Origin: Acidimicrobiia bacterium
GTDB taxonomy: Bacteria; Actinomycetota; Acidimicrobiia; Acidimicrobiales; Bin134
Direction of reading: 5' to 3'
Length of the DNA: 64,000 nt
Assembly: GCA_022827725.1 (NCBI GenBank)
Contig: JAJEIJ010000029.1
Coordinates: 6,215 to 70,214, forward strand
This document shows, in pieces, positions 26,437 through 36,753 of this stretch (positions are counted from its first letter, which is position 1; every line of letters begins with the position of its first letter). The notes below the pieces were generated by a model. That model saw nothing but the letters and a program-made list of their open reading frames with translations, searched no databases and was not told the origin of the DNA. The position numbers and the translations under genes were made by a program.

Positions 26437-26597
26437 AGACGTATTGAAAAATAGACCACTCTCCGCCAGCCAGCGACCTTCAGAGCCGCAATGGCGACTA
26501 CCACCAGCTGGTAGAGATGGATTTCAGCAAAGTCCGTCGAGCTCCCTAGCTGGTAAGCCTTATGGCGGTAGCTGCCAATGGACGGGAGGCCATCGGG

Positions 26598-27422
26598 ATG
26601 CGAATTGAACCGCTTACGGCGGCGCTTGGGGCTGAATTGTCTGATGTCGACCTCGCAGAGCTCGATGCCGAGACGGCCTCGGAGTTGCGGAGAGCGCTCT
26701 TGGACTACAAGGTGGTAGGTGTCCGCGACCAGTTCCTGGATGATGCTGATCACGTACGGCTGGCTGAGTCACTGGGTGAGCCGTGGATTCATCCGATGGA
26801 TCGTCTCGCCGGGGTCGACAAGGCCGAGCCGTCGGAGTTGCGGGTCAAGAGCGACCACCAGATGTTGACCGACCGGTGGCATCTGGATGTGCTCTATGCG
26901 CCCAACCCGCCTGCCTTCGGCATCTTGCGGGCAATCGATGTTCCGCCGGTGGGGGGCGACACCATGTGGGCCAACTTGGTGCTGGCGGCCTCGTGGCTGC
27001 CCGACGAACTGCGGGAGGAGATGCGGAAGTGCTCTACGGTCCACAGCGTGCCCGACACGCTCATTGGACTGAAGCAGCAGTTGTTCCCGGATTTCGATCC
27101 GCAGATCTGGCGGGACAATCTCCAAGGGGTGCGCCAGCCGCTGCTGCGACGGCATCCCGAAACGGGGGAAGAGACCATATTCTGCGTTGGGGACGCAACC
27201 GTCGACGGTCTTGACGATGATGCCGGCCATGACCTCATGGCTGCGGTCACCGAATACGCCACCAATCCCAGCGTGACCTGCCGCTGGCGCTGGCGCAACG
27301 GAGACGTGGTGATCTGGGACGAGCGGTGCACCGCTCACTTCGCCGTGCGCGACCCCTGGAAAGGAGAGCGAGTGCTGCGGCGGCTGCTCGTGGAGGGCGA
27401 TTGCCCAGTGGCGACCGAATAG
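26598..27422 (+). CDS. TauD/TfdA-family Fe(II)/2-oxoglutarate dioxygenase
   Basis: MRIEPLTAALGAELSDVDL start, HxD in DRWHLDVLY, then PPVGGDTMWAN and RCTAHFAVRD. Confidence 0.88.
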   Translation: MRIEPLTAALGAELSDVDLAELDAETASELRRALLDYKVVGVRDQFLDDADHVRLAESLGEPWIHPMDRLAGVDKAEPSELRVKSDHQMLTDRWHLDVLYAPNPPAFGILRAIDVPPVGGDTMWANLVLAASWLPDELREEMRKCSTVHSVPDTLIGLKQQLFPDFDPQIWRDNLQGVRQPLLRRHPETGEETIFCVGDATVDGLDDDAGHDLMAAVTEYATNPSVTCRWRWRNGDVVIWDERCTAHFAVRDPWKGERVLRRLLVEGDCPVATE

Positions 27423-27431
27423 CTATCCGGG

Positions 27432-28736
27432 GTGGCGATGACAGATTCACTGGATGACAGGATTCAGCGGCTGCTAGATCGCGACGAAGACCTGCTGGCT
27501 TCGCCGTGGCAGCTCTTCGACGACGTGCGGGAGGCGTCGGAGCCGGCCTTCTACAGCGAGGCAATGGGAGCCTGGGTCATAACCAGCTACCAGCTGCTGC
27601 ACGACATCGTTGTCGACCCGGAAACGTGGTCGAACCGGTCACCAACCGCGACCTATGACTTCCGGAATCCGGTGGCAGATCACACCGCCGCTATTGCTGG
27701 GGAGCCCGACATGGCTGAGGCGGTCAGCCGTTTCCGAAGCCGCAATCGGGGGCGGGTGTTAAACACCGCCGATCCGCCCGAGCATGTTCGACAGCGCCGG
27801 GCGCTGAATAGGGCGTTCCGTCCTGCCCGCCTCCGGGCACTGGAGCCCGAGGTCATATCGGTATCTGAACAGCTGGTTGCTGAGTTCGCCCATCGGGGCC
27901 GGGCTGACCTGTTTCGTGAGTACGCCGTCTTGTTGCCCATGGTGATGATCTCCCGAATGCTCGGCGTCCCCGAGGAAGAGCTCGGGAAGTTCAAGGGATG
28001 GTCGGACGACTTCGCCATTCCCATCGGGCGGGCCAACCCAAGCCGGGACGAAGTACGCAGCTACATCAGATCGGAGTCTGAGTTCGAGGACTATTTCTCG
28101 GCCATGATCGAACAACGCCAGGCCGAGCCGCGAAGCGATCTGATCTCGGATGTGGCTAACGCCGAGGTCGACGGCGAGCCCTTGACCCACGAAGAGCGGA
28201 TAACCGCGTTGAGACAGTTTCTGCTGGCAGGCAACGAGACGACTACCACGCTATTGGCCAACATCGGCCATCGACTGGCCACCGATCACGAGTTGCGCGA
28301 CCGGCTGGCAGAGGATCGGGATCTGGTGCCCGCCTTCGTGGAAGAGGCCCTCCGCCACGAAGCACCGGTGACCGGGTTGTTTCGAGTTGCCACCCGAGAC
28401 ACCCAATTGGGCGATAAGCCAGTGGCCAAGGGCGAGTTCGCATGGGTGGCGTTCGCGGCGGCCAATCGAGACCCCGAATTGTGCCCGATGCCCGATAGGT
28501 TCGACATCGACCGAGACCCCAACGAGCACGTGGCGTTTGGATACGGCGAGCACTACTGCATCGGCCAGGGCCTGGCCCGTCTCGAAGGCAAAGTGGGCAC
28601 CAATGCCATGTTGGATCTGCCCAACCTGACCCTCGCCGACGACCACACCTACAACTACATGGACAGCTACATACTCCGGGGACTTACCCAGTTGCTGGTT
28701 ACCTTCGACCCGTTTGGCGGCACCCCCGGCAATTGA
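27432..28736 (+). CDS. Cytochrome P450
   Basis: AGNETTT I-helix, EEALRHE (ExxR), heme loop FGYGEHYCIGQGLA. GTG 27432 or ATG 27438. Confidence 0.92.
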   Translation: MAMTDSLDDRIQRLLDRDEDLLASPWQLFDDVREASEPAFYSEAMGAWVITSYQLLHDIVVDPETWSNRSPTATYDFRNPVADHTAAIAGEPDMAEAVSRFRSRNRGRVLNTADPPEHVRQRRALNRAFRPARLRALEPEVISVSEQLVAEFAHRGRADLFREYAVLLPMVMISRMLGVPEEELGKFKGWSDDFAIPIGRANPSRDEVRSYIRSESEFEDYFSAMIEQRQAEPRSDLISDVANAEVDGEPLTHEERITALRQFLLAGNETTTTLLANIGHRLATDHELRDRLAEDRDLVPAFVEEALRHEAPVTGLFRVATRDTQLGDKPVAKGEFAWVAFAAANRDPELCPMPDRFDIDRDPNEHVAFGYGEHYCIGQGLARLEGKVGTNAMLDLPNLTLADDHTYNYMDSYILRGLTQLLVTFDPFGGTPGN

Positions 28737-28765
28737 GGGGAAACCAGTTCGAGTTGGCCTGCGGG

Positions 28766-31150
28766 TCAGGTCGCGCCGTAGGCCACCAGAACGACTTGGT
28801 CGCTGGCCAATGCTTCGATCTGTTCAGCGGTGTAGCTGAGCTCAGCCAGGATCTCAGCGGTGTGCTCGCCGCACTCGCAGGGGCCTCGCTGAACCGACTC
28901 TTTGGTGTCGCTGAAGTTCACCAACTGCCCGACGTCCTCGAACAAGCCGACAGATGCCGAATTCGTCTGGGCCCGCAGCCCGAGAGCGAGAGCCTCGGGG
29001 TCGTCGAAGAAGTCGCGGCAGAACTCCTCGTTCACCACCTCAACCGGCACGCGGTTGGAATCAAGCAGCTTGAACGCTTCATCAGCAGAGCGCTCCCGGC
29101 ACCACGAGGAAATCTCTTCGCTCAGCGCCTGGTCGTGCTCAGCCCGGGCCGTCGGATGGGAAAACCTGATGTCTGCGGCCAATCGCTCAAAGCCCGGGAC
29201 CGTACACAGAGCCGCCCAGGCCGGCTCATCGATCACCGCGATGGCGATGTATCCGTCGCTGGTCTCGTACATGCGATAGAGGGCGCTGAGGCCCCACTGG
29301 TCGGCATCGACCTGATCCCAGGTAACTTCCGGGTCTTCGGGGTTGATCCAGGCATAAGACGTGGCCAGAAGGGTGGCGTTGACGATAGATGTGCTTACCG
29401 AGCGGCCTATCCCGGTGCGCTCCCGGTCGAACAGCGCCAACGCGATAGCGGTCGCACTGAGCATCGCGTTCCCCGTGTCTCCCATTCCCGAGCGCGACCA
29501 CATCGGAGGATTGCCGCTTGAGCAGGCACCGTCTTCCCACTCTGTGCCGCACAGCGCGGCGGCGGTCTGGTCGGTGCCAGGCAGATCGGAGCGCGGCCCC
29601 TTCTCGTAGCCGCGGGAGTTGCAGATCACCAGGTCGGGACGGCGTTCCCGCAGCGAAGCTTCGTCGATCCCCAGGCGGGCCATCGCACCAGGCCGCCAGT
29701 TGGTGGCGATGACATCGGCCTGGTCGATGAGTTGGTGCAAGATCTCCAGTCCGCGGGGATCCTTGAGGTTGACTGAGATGCTTCGCTTGCCCCGGTTGGT
29801 GCCGAGCCCCATGTGCGTGCCCGCCCAGAAGGTGTCGTGCAGCGCATGGATCTTGATGACGTCAGCGCCGAGGTCGGCGAGCATCCTCGGTCCGAAGGGT
29901 CCGGCCACCCCGAGACCGAGGTCGAGCACCTTGATCCCGGCCAGCGGACCTCCGGCGAGCTCGGTGGCGCCATTGGACCGGGCCTGCGTTTGTGTCCCGT
30001 AGGGCTCGCCAAACTCCAGAGGGTTGCCGATGTGGCGGATCCGACCGTGTTGGGGATGGTCAGCCTCGGCCACGCATCCATCCGCCAGAAACGACTCGTC
30101 GAGCAAGGCCTCAAGCGGGGAGCGCACCAATGCGACACCCATTTCGTTCGCCTCTGCCTCGGCCACCCAGTCGCGGGCCGGGAGTCGCTTGAAGGCTTCG
30201 GCCAGCTCGGGGTAGAGGAAGTGGGTGACGAGCAAGTCCTCAGCAGTCATGCCGATGCGATCAGAACCCCGGCGATAGTCGGTGTTGGGGCCAGTGGCGG
30301 TGGCTGAGGAAGCCGAACCGGTTTCGCGGACCCAAGCCGGCCAAATTGACCAGTGGTGGACCCATCGTCCGTCGGCGCACTCGAATAGGCCTTCGATCGA
30401 TCGGCTGTCGGTGGGCCACATCCAATACAGGGGGCTGTCTTCATGACGCTCGACCCGTTGCCAGACGAGGGACGCGGCGAACAATGCGCCCTGGAACAGC
30501 GATGTCTCCACCGCCTGGCCCCTGCCGATGACCTCGCGGGCCCGCAGGGCGGCCGCGATCCCGAAGATGGCCAGGTGAGCTGCGCCCAGGCTGGGCCAGT
30601 TCGTCCGGGGGAATATGGGTCCAGGTCGATCGACACCTCGGACCATCCCATCAGGAGGGCCGAACTCGGGGGACGGGGGCTCGCGCCGGCCGATGTAGTT
30701 CATGGCCGTCCCCACCCGGCCCCGCTGGTCGAAGTACAGGCCGGTCCGAGCGGCGACCAGGGCATCGATTCCGGGCCGGTCTCGGTGGTCGGAGTGATGC
30801 CCGTAGCCGGTGATGGAACAGGAGATGACCTGGGGGTTGATCTCCGCCAGTGCGGCGTGGCTGAGGCCCAAGCGGTGGGTGGTGTCGCTGGAGAACGCGC
30901 TGACAACGATGTCTGAGTTCTCCACCAGCTCCCGGAACGAAGCAGCATCGGCTTCGCTGTGGAGGTCGAGCGGGATGCGCTCTGCGCCCCGCTGCCACAC
31001 CACATAGCCCGACTGATTTGCGAATGGATCGCCTTGCGGAGGCTGGATGCGGACGACTTCGGCGCCGTTGTCCTCCAGGATCATCGTGGCCATGGGACCT
31101 GCGATGCCCCATGACAGGTCGAGCACTCGCACCCCGCTCAGGATCCCCAT
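28766..31150 (-). CDS. Tandem-domain family III (CaiB/BaiF) CoA-transferase
   Basis: Two complete modules: GVRVLDLSWGIAGPMATMILEDNGAEVVRIQPP and GIKVLDLGLGVAGPFGPRMLADLGADVIKIHAL. ATG 31150 follows GGAGGGAGAAG. Confidence 0.85.
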   Translation of the reverse strand: MGILSGVRVLDLSWGIAGPMATMILEDNGAEVVRIQPPQGDPFANQSGYVVWQRGAERIPLDLHSEADAASFRELVENSDIVVSAFSSDTTHRLGLSHAALAEINPQVISCSITGYGHHSDHRDRPGIDALVAARTGLYFDQRGRVGTAMNYIGRREPPSPEFGPPDGMVRGVDRPGPIFPRTNWPSLGAAHLAIFGIAAALRAREVIGRGQAVETSLFQGALFAASLVWQRVERHEDSPLYWMWPTDSRSIEGLFECADGRWVHHWSIWPAWVRETGSASSATATGPNTDYRRGSDRIGMTAEDLLVTHFLYPELAEAFKRLPARDWVAEAEANEMGVALVRSPLEALLDESFLADGCVAEADHPQHGRIRHIGNPLEFGEPYGTQTQARSNGATELAGGPLAGIKVLDLGLGVAGPFGPRMLADLGADVIKIHALHDTFWAGTHMGLGTNRGKRSISVNLKDPRGLEILHQLIDQADVIATNWRPGAMARLGIDEASLRERRPDLVICNSRGYEKGPRSDLPGTDQTAAALCGTEWEDGACSSGNPPMWSRSGMGDTGNAMLSATAIALALFDRERTGIGRSVSTSIVNATLLATSYAWINPEDPEVTWDQVDADQWGLSALYRMYETSDGYIAIAVIDEPAWAALCTVPGFERLAADIRFSHPTARAEHDQALSEEISSWCRERSADEAFKLLDSNRVPVEVVNEEFCRDFFDDPEALALGLRAQTNSASVGLFEDVGQLVNFSDTKESVQRGPCECGEHTAEILAELSYTAEQIEALASDQVVLVAYGAT

Positions 31151-31236
31151 TGCTTCTCCCTCCGCCACCAGTCCAAGTCAAGTGGTGATTTCTCCCAGGG
31201 TTAGGATAAGTCCCGATTCTCAACCAAGGGAGATTC

Positions 31237-32346
31237 ATGACTGCGACTGCACCACTGGAGTCAACCGCTGACCTCGAAGCGCGGGAGTTGCTTGTGTCTT
31301 CGGACTCGCACGTTCGGTTGACTCATGAAGGAGTGAAGGACCGGCTGGCGACGAAATTCCACAGTGACTACGACCAAGCCGTCGCCCAGGTCGGGGGTGG
31401 GGTGGCCACTCGCGCCGGCCAGAACACGATGCCCCCGGGATTTGAGGGGGTGCGACATGCCATAGGCCGGCCAGGAAATCTCGACGGTCATGAACGCTTG
31501 AAGGACATGGACCAAGACGGCGTCGACGTGGAGGTGTGCTACTGCGAGTTCAGCGCATTCCGCTACTTGTATCTCATGAAGGACGGGTGGCGGGAGGCCA
31601 CCCGGGCGTTCAATGACTCGCTGATCGCATTCGGGGAAGCCGATCCCACCCGCCTGGTGGTGTCGTACCAGATCCCGATTCACGACATCGACGTCGCCGT
31701 CGAGGAAGTCCACCGAGTTGCCTCCCTGGGTGGCAAGTCGCTGCAACTGCCCGTGTACCCCGTCGAACTGGGCGCCCCCGACTACTACGACCGGGTCTAC
31801 GACCCCCTGTGGGCGGCCATCCAGGAGACCGGGCTCCCGGCCTGCTTCCACATCGGGCTCGCACCGATCGACTATTTCCAAGATGAGATGCCCCAATTCG
31901 GGCAGGGTTGCATCCAGCCGATGTCAGCGATGTTCACCTCGGTGCAGTACGCCAACTTCATACTGAGCGGGATCTTCGTTCGGTTCCCCGAGCTGAAGAC
32001 GGTGTGGGTGGAGCCCGGAGTGGGCTGGATCCCATGGTGGCTGTTCATCATCGACCAGATGAAGACGGTGACGAACTACCCCTTCAACGAGATCGATGAG
32101 CGCCCCAGTTTCTACTTCAACCGCAACATGTCCGTAACGTTCATCCACGAGCCGTTTGCGGTCCACAAGCTCCGCTACGACATCGGCGTCGAGAACATGA
32201 TGTGGTCCACCGATTACCCCCATCCTGCCTGCACCTGGCCGGACTCCCGAGAACTGGTCAACCAGGACTTCGAAGGCATCCCTGCTGATGAGCGCGAGCT
32301 GATTTTGAGCGGCAATGCCATTCGGGTCTGGAATCTCGACCTCTGA
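31237..32346 (+). CDS. Amidohydrolase_2 (ACMSD/LigW-like metal-dependent hydrolase/decarboxylase) family protein
   Basis: VSSDSHV metal motif and MWSTDYPHP C-terminal motif. Paralogue of 34086 and 41195. Confidence 0.8.
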   Translation: MTATAPLESTADLEARELLVSSDSHVRLTHEGVKDRLATKFHSDYDQAVAQVGGGVATRAGQNTMPPGFEGVRHAIGRPGNLDGHERLKDMDQDGVDVEVCYCEFSAFRYLYLMKDGWREATRAFNDSLIAFGEADPTRLVVSYQIPIHDIDVAVEEVHRVASLGGKSLQLPVYPVELGAPDYYDRVYDPLWAAIQETGLPACFHIGLAPIDYFQDEMPQFGQGCIQPMSAMFTSVQYANFILSGIFVRFPELKTVWVEPGVGWIPWWLFIIDQMKTVTNYPFNEIDERPSFYFNRNMSVTFIHEPFAVHKLRYDIGVENMMWSTDYPHPACTWPDSRELVNQDFEGIPADERELILSGNAIRVWNLDL

Positions 32347-32368
32347 GAATTCTCAGCGCTCTCCCCGC

Positions 32369-33550
32369 TCAGTCGAGCGTCAGGATCGCCCCGGTTCGGC
32401 TGGCGGAGATAACCGCGGTTCGGGCATCGGCCACCTGATTGACAGCGGTGCCTCGTAGCTGACGCACCGCCTCCAGCACGAGATTGAGCCCGTGGATGTA
32501 GCCCTCGCCGATCAACCCGCCGTTGGTGTTGGTGGGCAGCGAGCCGTCGAGGGCCAGGCTGCCGTCGGCGATGAAGTCCTTCGCCTCGCCGAACCCGCAG
32601 AACCCCAGTCCTTCGAGTTGCATAAGCAAAATGGGGGAGAAGGCGTCGTAGATCAGAGCGACGTCAATGTCGTCTCGAGAGAACCCCGCATCTTCGAAAA
32701 GACGGCGGCCCAGCGCCACTGTGCCGTCCATGACGGACAGGTCGGGCCGGTAGTGGTCGCTGGCGATCTCCTGCTCGAAGAGGCCGGCCGTCGATGCGGT
32801 TCCGATGCGAACAGGGGTGTGCGGCAGGTCGGCGGCTCGCTGTGACCCGGTGATCACCAAAGCAACTGAGCCGTCGGTCTCCTGGCAGCAGTCCAGCAAG
32901 TGGATGCAAGGCTCGACGATCCACCGTGACTCCTGGTGCTCATCCAGGGTGATCGGATTCTGGTACCCCCAAGCCGCGGGGTTGGTGGCGGCATACTCGC
33001 GCAGCTGGACCACCGCACGCCCGAAGTCGGCGCTCTCCACCCCGAATTCGTGCATATAGCGCACTGAGTTGAGTGCCATCCAAGATGCCGGAGTCAACAC
33101 CCCAAAGGGCATGCACCACTGCATGGCCGTGGTTCCCGAATGACCCGAAGTGGGAGAGGGTGCTGTTTTGGCCGATCCAAAACGAGAGGCTCCAGATCGG
33201 GCTCGTATCGCCCGGTAGGCCACGACCACTTCCGCGGCGCCGCTGGCCACCGCAGCCGCTGCGTGCTGCAAGACGCCCACCGATCCGCCGCCCCCGTAAG
33301 GGATTCTGGCCGAGAAATTGACCTCCTCGAACCCCACCGAGCGGACAAGCTCGGTTTCTTCCACGGGGTCAACGGTGTAGCTGACGATCCCGTCGACATC
33401 GGCCGCGGCAAGGCCGGCATCGTCAAGGGCGGCGGTAATCGATTCGCAGGCCAGTTGGAGCTCAGTGCGGCCGGCCCGGCGGGAGAACTCCGTGCAGCCG
33501 GCCCCGACGATAGAAGCCGCCCCGCGGGCCAGAGTGCGGCGGCCCGTCAC
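32369..33550 (-). CDS. Thiolase-like / SCP-x-type lipid-transfer protein
   Basis: 393 aa with a thiolase fold (IVGAGCTEFSR...NTNGGLIGEGYIHG). 4-nt overlap with the upstream DUF35 gene. Confidence 0.8.
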   Translation of the reverse strand: MTGRRTLARGAASIVGAGCTEFSRRAGRTELQLACESITAALDDAGLAAADVDGIVSYTVDPVEETELVRSVGFEEVNFSARIPYGGGGSVGVLQHAAAAVASGAAEVVVAYRAIRARSGASRFGSAKTAPSPTSGHSGTTAMQWCMPFGVLTPASWMALNSVRYMHEFGVESADFGRAVVQLREYAATNPAAWGYQNPITLDEHQESRWIVEPCIHLLDCCQETDGSVALVITGSQRAADLPHTPVRIGTASTAGLFEQEIASDHYRPDLSVMDGTVALGRRLFEDAGFSRDDIDVALIYDAFSPILLMQLEGLGFCGFGEAKDFIADGSLALDGSLPTNTNGGLIGEGYIHGLNLVLEAVRQLRGTAVNQVADARTAVISASRTGAILTLD

Positions 33551-33963
33551 AAGTCCTCGCTAGGACGGAATACGGGGATCAGGGGACCGTCGGCGGTGGG
33601 GACGAAGTGCGCGTGGACCGGCATGCCGATGCGCACGTCATCCTTCGAGACATCGGTGAGGCACGACAGCAAACGAACTCCCTCTTCGAGATCCACCAGG
33701 GCCGCGATAACCGGGTACTCGAATGCCGGATGCTGGGGGTGGTGGAGTATGGCATAGCTGTACAGGGTTCCCTGCCCGCTGAGCTCGGCTATTTCCACCT
33801 CCAATGATGAACAGGCCGGGCACATGGGACGCGGCGGGTGACGCAGTCTGCCGCAACCCGCACAACGCTGGGCCACGAGGCGGCCTTCGGCAGCCGCGTC
33901 CCAGAACACGGCGCTGTCATCGGTGACCGTGGGCGACGGCCGGGTTGGGGCATCGGCGGCCAT
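33547..33963 (-). CDS. DUF35 OB-fold / rubredoxin-like Zn-ribbon protein
   Basis: Zn-ribbon CAGCGRLRHPPRPMCPACSS followed by an OB-fold. ATG 33963 follows GGAGGGAGAG. Confidence 0.8.
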   Translation of the reverse strand: MAADAPTRPSPTVTDDSAVFWDAAAEGRLVAQRCAGCGRLRHPPRPMCPACSSLEVEIAELSGQGTLYSYAILHHPQHPAFEYPVIAALVDLEEGVRLLSCLTDVSKDDVRIGMPVHAHFVPTADGPLIPVFRPSEDL

Positions 33964-34085
33964 TTGCTCTCCCTCCTGGAGGCGGCTTGTGCATGGTAGG
34001 TCGCCGTCAGCAGCCAAGGGCGGTTGTCGAAGCTAACCTGCGGATTGATGACACTCCGCCACGGTCGCGAGGCTTGGGGCCGGTG

Positions 34086-35339
34086 ATGACGGCCAACGAG
34101 AACGAGCGGGTGTTGTTGGTGTCCGGCGATTCCCATGCCGGGCCGAGCCTGGAAGCGCTGCGGACATATTGTCCGTCGGCCTACTTGGCGGCCTTCGATG
34201 AGTTCACAGCGAGCACCGAGGTCGAGGAGATGCGCGCCGTGGTGCGGGAGAGCGGGTCGTTGTACATGAACACCTCGGGACACAATGACCCGGAGGCCCG
34301 CCTGGCCGACATGGACCGCGACGGCATTGCCGCCGAGGTGATCTTCCACAACAGCTTCAACGGCGAGCCGATTCCCTTCGTCGACGAGGGCTGGCCCGAA
34401 CTCGACAATCCCGAGCTGGCCGGGGTGGGATTTCAGATCTACAACCGCTGGCTCGCCGATTTCTGCTCGGCGGCACCCGACCGGCTGATCGGGTTGGCCC
34501 ATATCCCGATGTGGGACATTGACGCCGCCATTCGAGAGGTTGGGTGGGCGGCCGACCACGGATTGCGGGCGGTCAACTTTCCCAGCGCCCGACCGCAATG
34601 GATCCAGTACAACGAGTCGGACTGGGATCCGTTCTGGGCCGTGGTGCAAGAAGCCGGGGTGGTGCTGGGGACCCATGCCGGGGCGGCCACCGATCCTGCT
34701 GTTCGGGATGTAGGTGGCACGCCGCTGCTCTTGATAGAGGCCGGTGGGGCGTACAACCGCCGGGCAGTGGCCCGCATGATCCTGGGGGGAGTGTTCGAGC
34801 GGTTCCCCGGCCTCAAGCTGGCCATGACCGAACAGCCCGGGGTGTGGATCCCCGCTGCCCTAGTCGAGCTCGATTCGGCGGCCCTGGCGCCGCTGCCGTT
34901 GTCCAACGCAGAGCTGTCCAGACCTCCCAGCGAATACTTCAAGCAAAACGTGTTTGTCGGGGCCAGCTTCATCGCCCCGTTCGAGGTAGAGGCCGCAGTA
35001 GAGGACTGGTGGTGGACGAATATCTTCTGGGGCCGCGACTACCCACACCCCGAGGGCACCTGGCGCTATTCCGATGATCCAGAAGAGACCCCCATGACCC
35101 ACCTATCGCTGCGCCACGCCATGGCCGGCGCCCCCCACGACAAGGTTCGGGCCATCGTCGGGGAAAACGCGGCCCGGGTCTATGGGCTCGACATGGCCGC
35201 ACTGCGGTCGATCGCCGGTGAGATCGGTCCGAGCATCGAGGAAATCACCACTCCGCTGAAGGCAATTCCGGCCTTGGAGGGGCCTGAGCGCAAGGGCTAT
35301 GGCTACTTCGCATTTCGAACTGTCGGCCCTTATGCGTGA
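34086..35339 (+). CDS. Amidohydrolase_2 family protein
   Basis: VSGDSHAG and FWGRDYPHPEG motifs. ATG 34086 lies inside the track ORF 33945. Confidence 0.8.
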   Translation: MTANENERVLLVSGDSHAGPSLEALRTYCPSAYLAAFDEFTASTEVEEMRAVVRESGSLYMNTSGHNDPEARLADMDRDGIAAEVIFHNSFNGEPIPFVDEGWPELDNPELAGVGFQIYNRWLADFCSAAPDRLIGLAHIPMWDIDAAIREVGWAADHGLRAVNFPSARPQWIQYNESDWDPFWAVVQEAGVVLGTHAGAATDPAVRDVGGTPLLLIEAGGAYNRRAVARMILGGVFERFPGLKLAMTEQPGVWIPAALVELDSAALAPLPLSNAELSRPPSEYFKQNVFVGASFIAPFEVEAAVEDWWWTNIFWGRDYPHPEGTWRYSDDPEETPMTHLSLRHAMAGAPHDKVRAIVGENAARVYGLDMAALRSIAGEIGPSIEEITTPLKAIPALEGPERKGYGYFAFRTVGPYA

Positions 35340-35388
35340 GTCTCGGCTCAAGGATTAGATTGCAAGCCCTCCCGAAGGAGTACAAGAG

Positions 35389-36183
35389 ATGACTGCTCGC
35401 AGCGACAACAGGGTTGCCATTGTTACTGGGGCACGGCCTTGGGGAGTTGGGGGATCGACGGCTCGGGCCCTCGCCCAACGGGGCTATGACATCGCGTTGG
35501 TTGACGTCCGCCAGGACTGGGGGGAGCAGAGCGCTGAGGCCATCATGGGAGAGACCGGCCAGCGGGCGATTTGGGTGCGGACCGACGTGTCGAATCGCGA
35601 TGATGTCGTGGCCATGGCTGATGCCGTGCTGGGGGAGTTCGGTCGCATTGATGCGCTGGTCAACAACGCGGCGATCGGTGGGGCCAGCAGCACCGAGGGA
35701 TTTGAGGTGGAGGAATTCAACCGGGTGATCGGCGTCAACTTGCTCGGTCCGATGCTGTGTACCCAGGCAGTAATTCCGGCGATGAAGGAGGCCAACTATG
35801 GCCGGGTGGTCAGCGTGGCCTCGACGGCACCCTTCAACCCGCCTCCAGCAGATATGAGCCCCGTGTCTCTGTACAACGCCGCCAAGGGAGGTTTGATTGC
35901 CTGGACCAAGTCAGCCGCCGCGGAATTGGCCCCCTACGGCATCGTGGTGAACGTTGTCGCTCTCGGCGGCATCTCGACTGGCGGCATGGGCAGCGAGAAT
36001 CCTCCGACTCCTGAACAGGACGAGCATATGTTGAATGTCGTGCACCGCGGCTTGCTGCCATGGGGCCGGGTCCTGCGAGTCGATGAAGCAGCTGATGTGA
36101 TCGCCTATGCGGCCTCCGCACCGAGCCACGCCATGCTCGGGGCCACCATCCACGCCAGCGGCGGACGGGTCATGCCGCTCTGA
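35389..36183 (+). CDS. Short-chain dehydrogenase/reductase
   Basis: VAIVTGA, NNAA, YNAAKGG. ATG follows GAAGGAG. Confidence 0.88.
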   Translation: MTARSDNRVAIVTGARPWGVGGSTARALAQRGYDIALVDVRQDWGEQSAEAIMGETGQRAIWVRTDVSNRDDVVAMADAVLGEFGRIDALVNNAAIGGASSTEGFEVEEFNRVIGVNLLGPMLCTQAVIPAMKEANYGRVVSVASTAPFNPPPADMSPVSLYNAAKGGLIAWTKSAAAELAPYGIVVNVVALGGISTGGMGSENPPTPEQDEHMLNVVHRGLLPWGRVLRVDEAADVIAYAASAPSHAMLGATIHASGGRVMPL

Positions 36184-36229
36184 GTTCGGTTGAAGAAGAG
36201 TCTCGCAGAACCTGAGAAAGAGGAATGCA

Positions 36230-36742
36230 ATGGAAGACGGAGAGCAGGTCCGCCGGGTGGTTACAGGGCACGATGGGGATGGCCGATCGGTGGTCGTCTT
36301 CAACGACGTTCACGACTACAAACGGCGGATTCAGATTTGGACCACAGAGGGTTCCCCGGCGGACAACTCTGGCACGGTCACCGATACTGCCCAGCGCGAG
36401 ACTCGCCTGGAAGCCCCTCCGCAGGGATCGATGTTCTGGCTGGTTGAACTCCCTCCGAGCCTGGAGGTCGACCCTGAAGCAGCAGCTGCCACGGCTGAGA
36501 GGCTCGCCGCAGAGGGCGCGGTCACCCATAGCGATAGCCGACCCGGGATGCACACCACTAGAACGATCGACTACATGGTGGTTCTCGACGGTGAAGTCAC
36601 CCTGCTGTTGGACGAGGGCGAGGTGACCCTGCACAAGTACGACACGGTGGTCCAGCGCGGGACGGCTCACCATTGGGAGAACCGAGGCACTGAGCCGGCC
36701 CGCTTGGCCTTCGTTCTGCTCGATGCCCAGCCGCTCCCGTGA
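36230..36742 (+). CDS. Cupin-domain protein
   Basis: 170 aa with a C-terminal cupin core MHTTRTIDYMVVLDGEVTLLLDEGEVTLHKYDTVVQRGTAHHWEN. Confidence 0.7.
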   Translation: MEDGEQVRRVVTGHDGDGRSVVVFNDVHDYKRRIQIWTTEGSPADNSGTVTDTAQRETRLEAPPQGSMFWLVELPPSLEVDPEAAAATAERLAAEGAVTHSDSRPGMHTTRTIDYMVVLDGEVTLLLDEGEVTLHKYDTVVQRGTAHHWENRGTEPARLAFVLLDAQPLP

Positions 36743-36753
36743 GCGCCTTCGCC

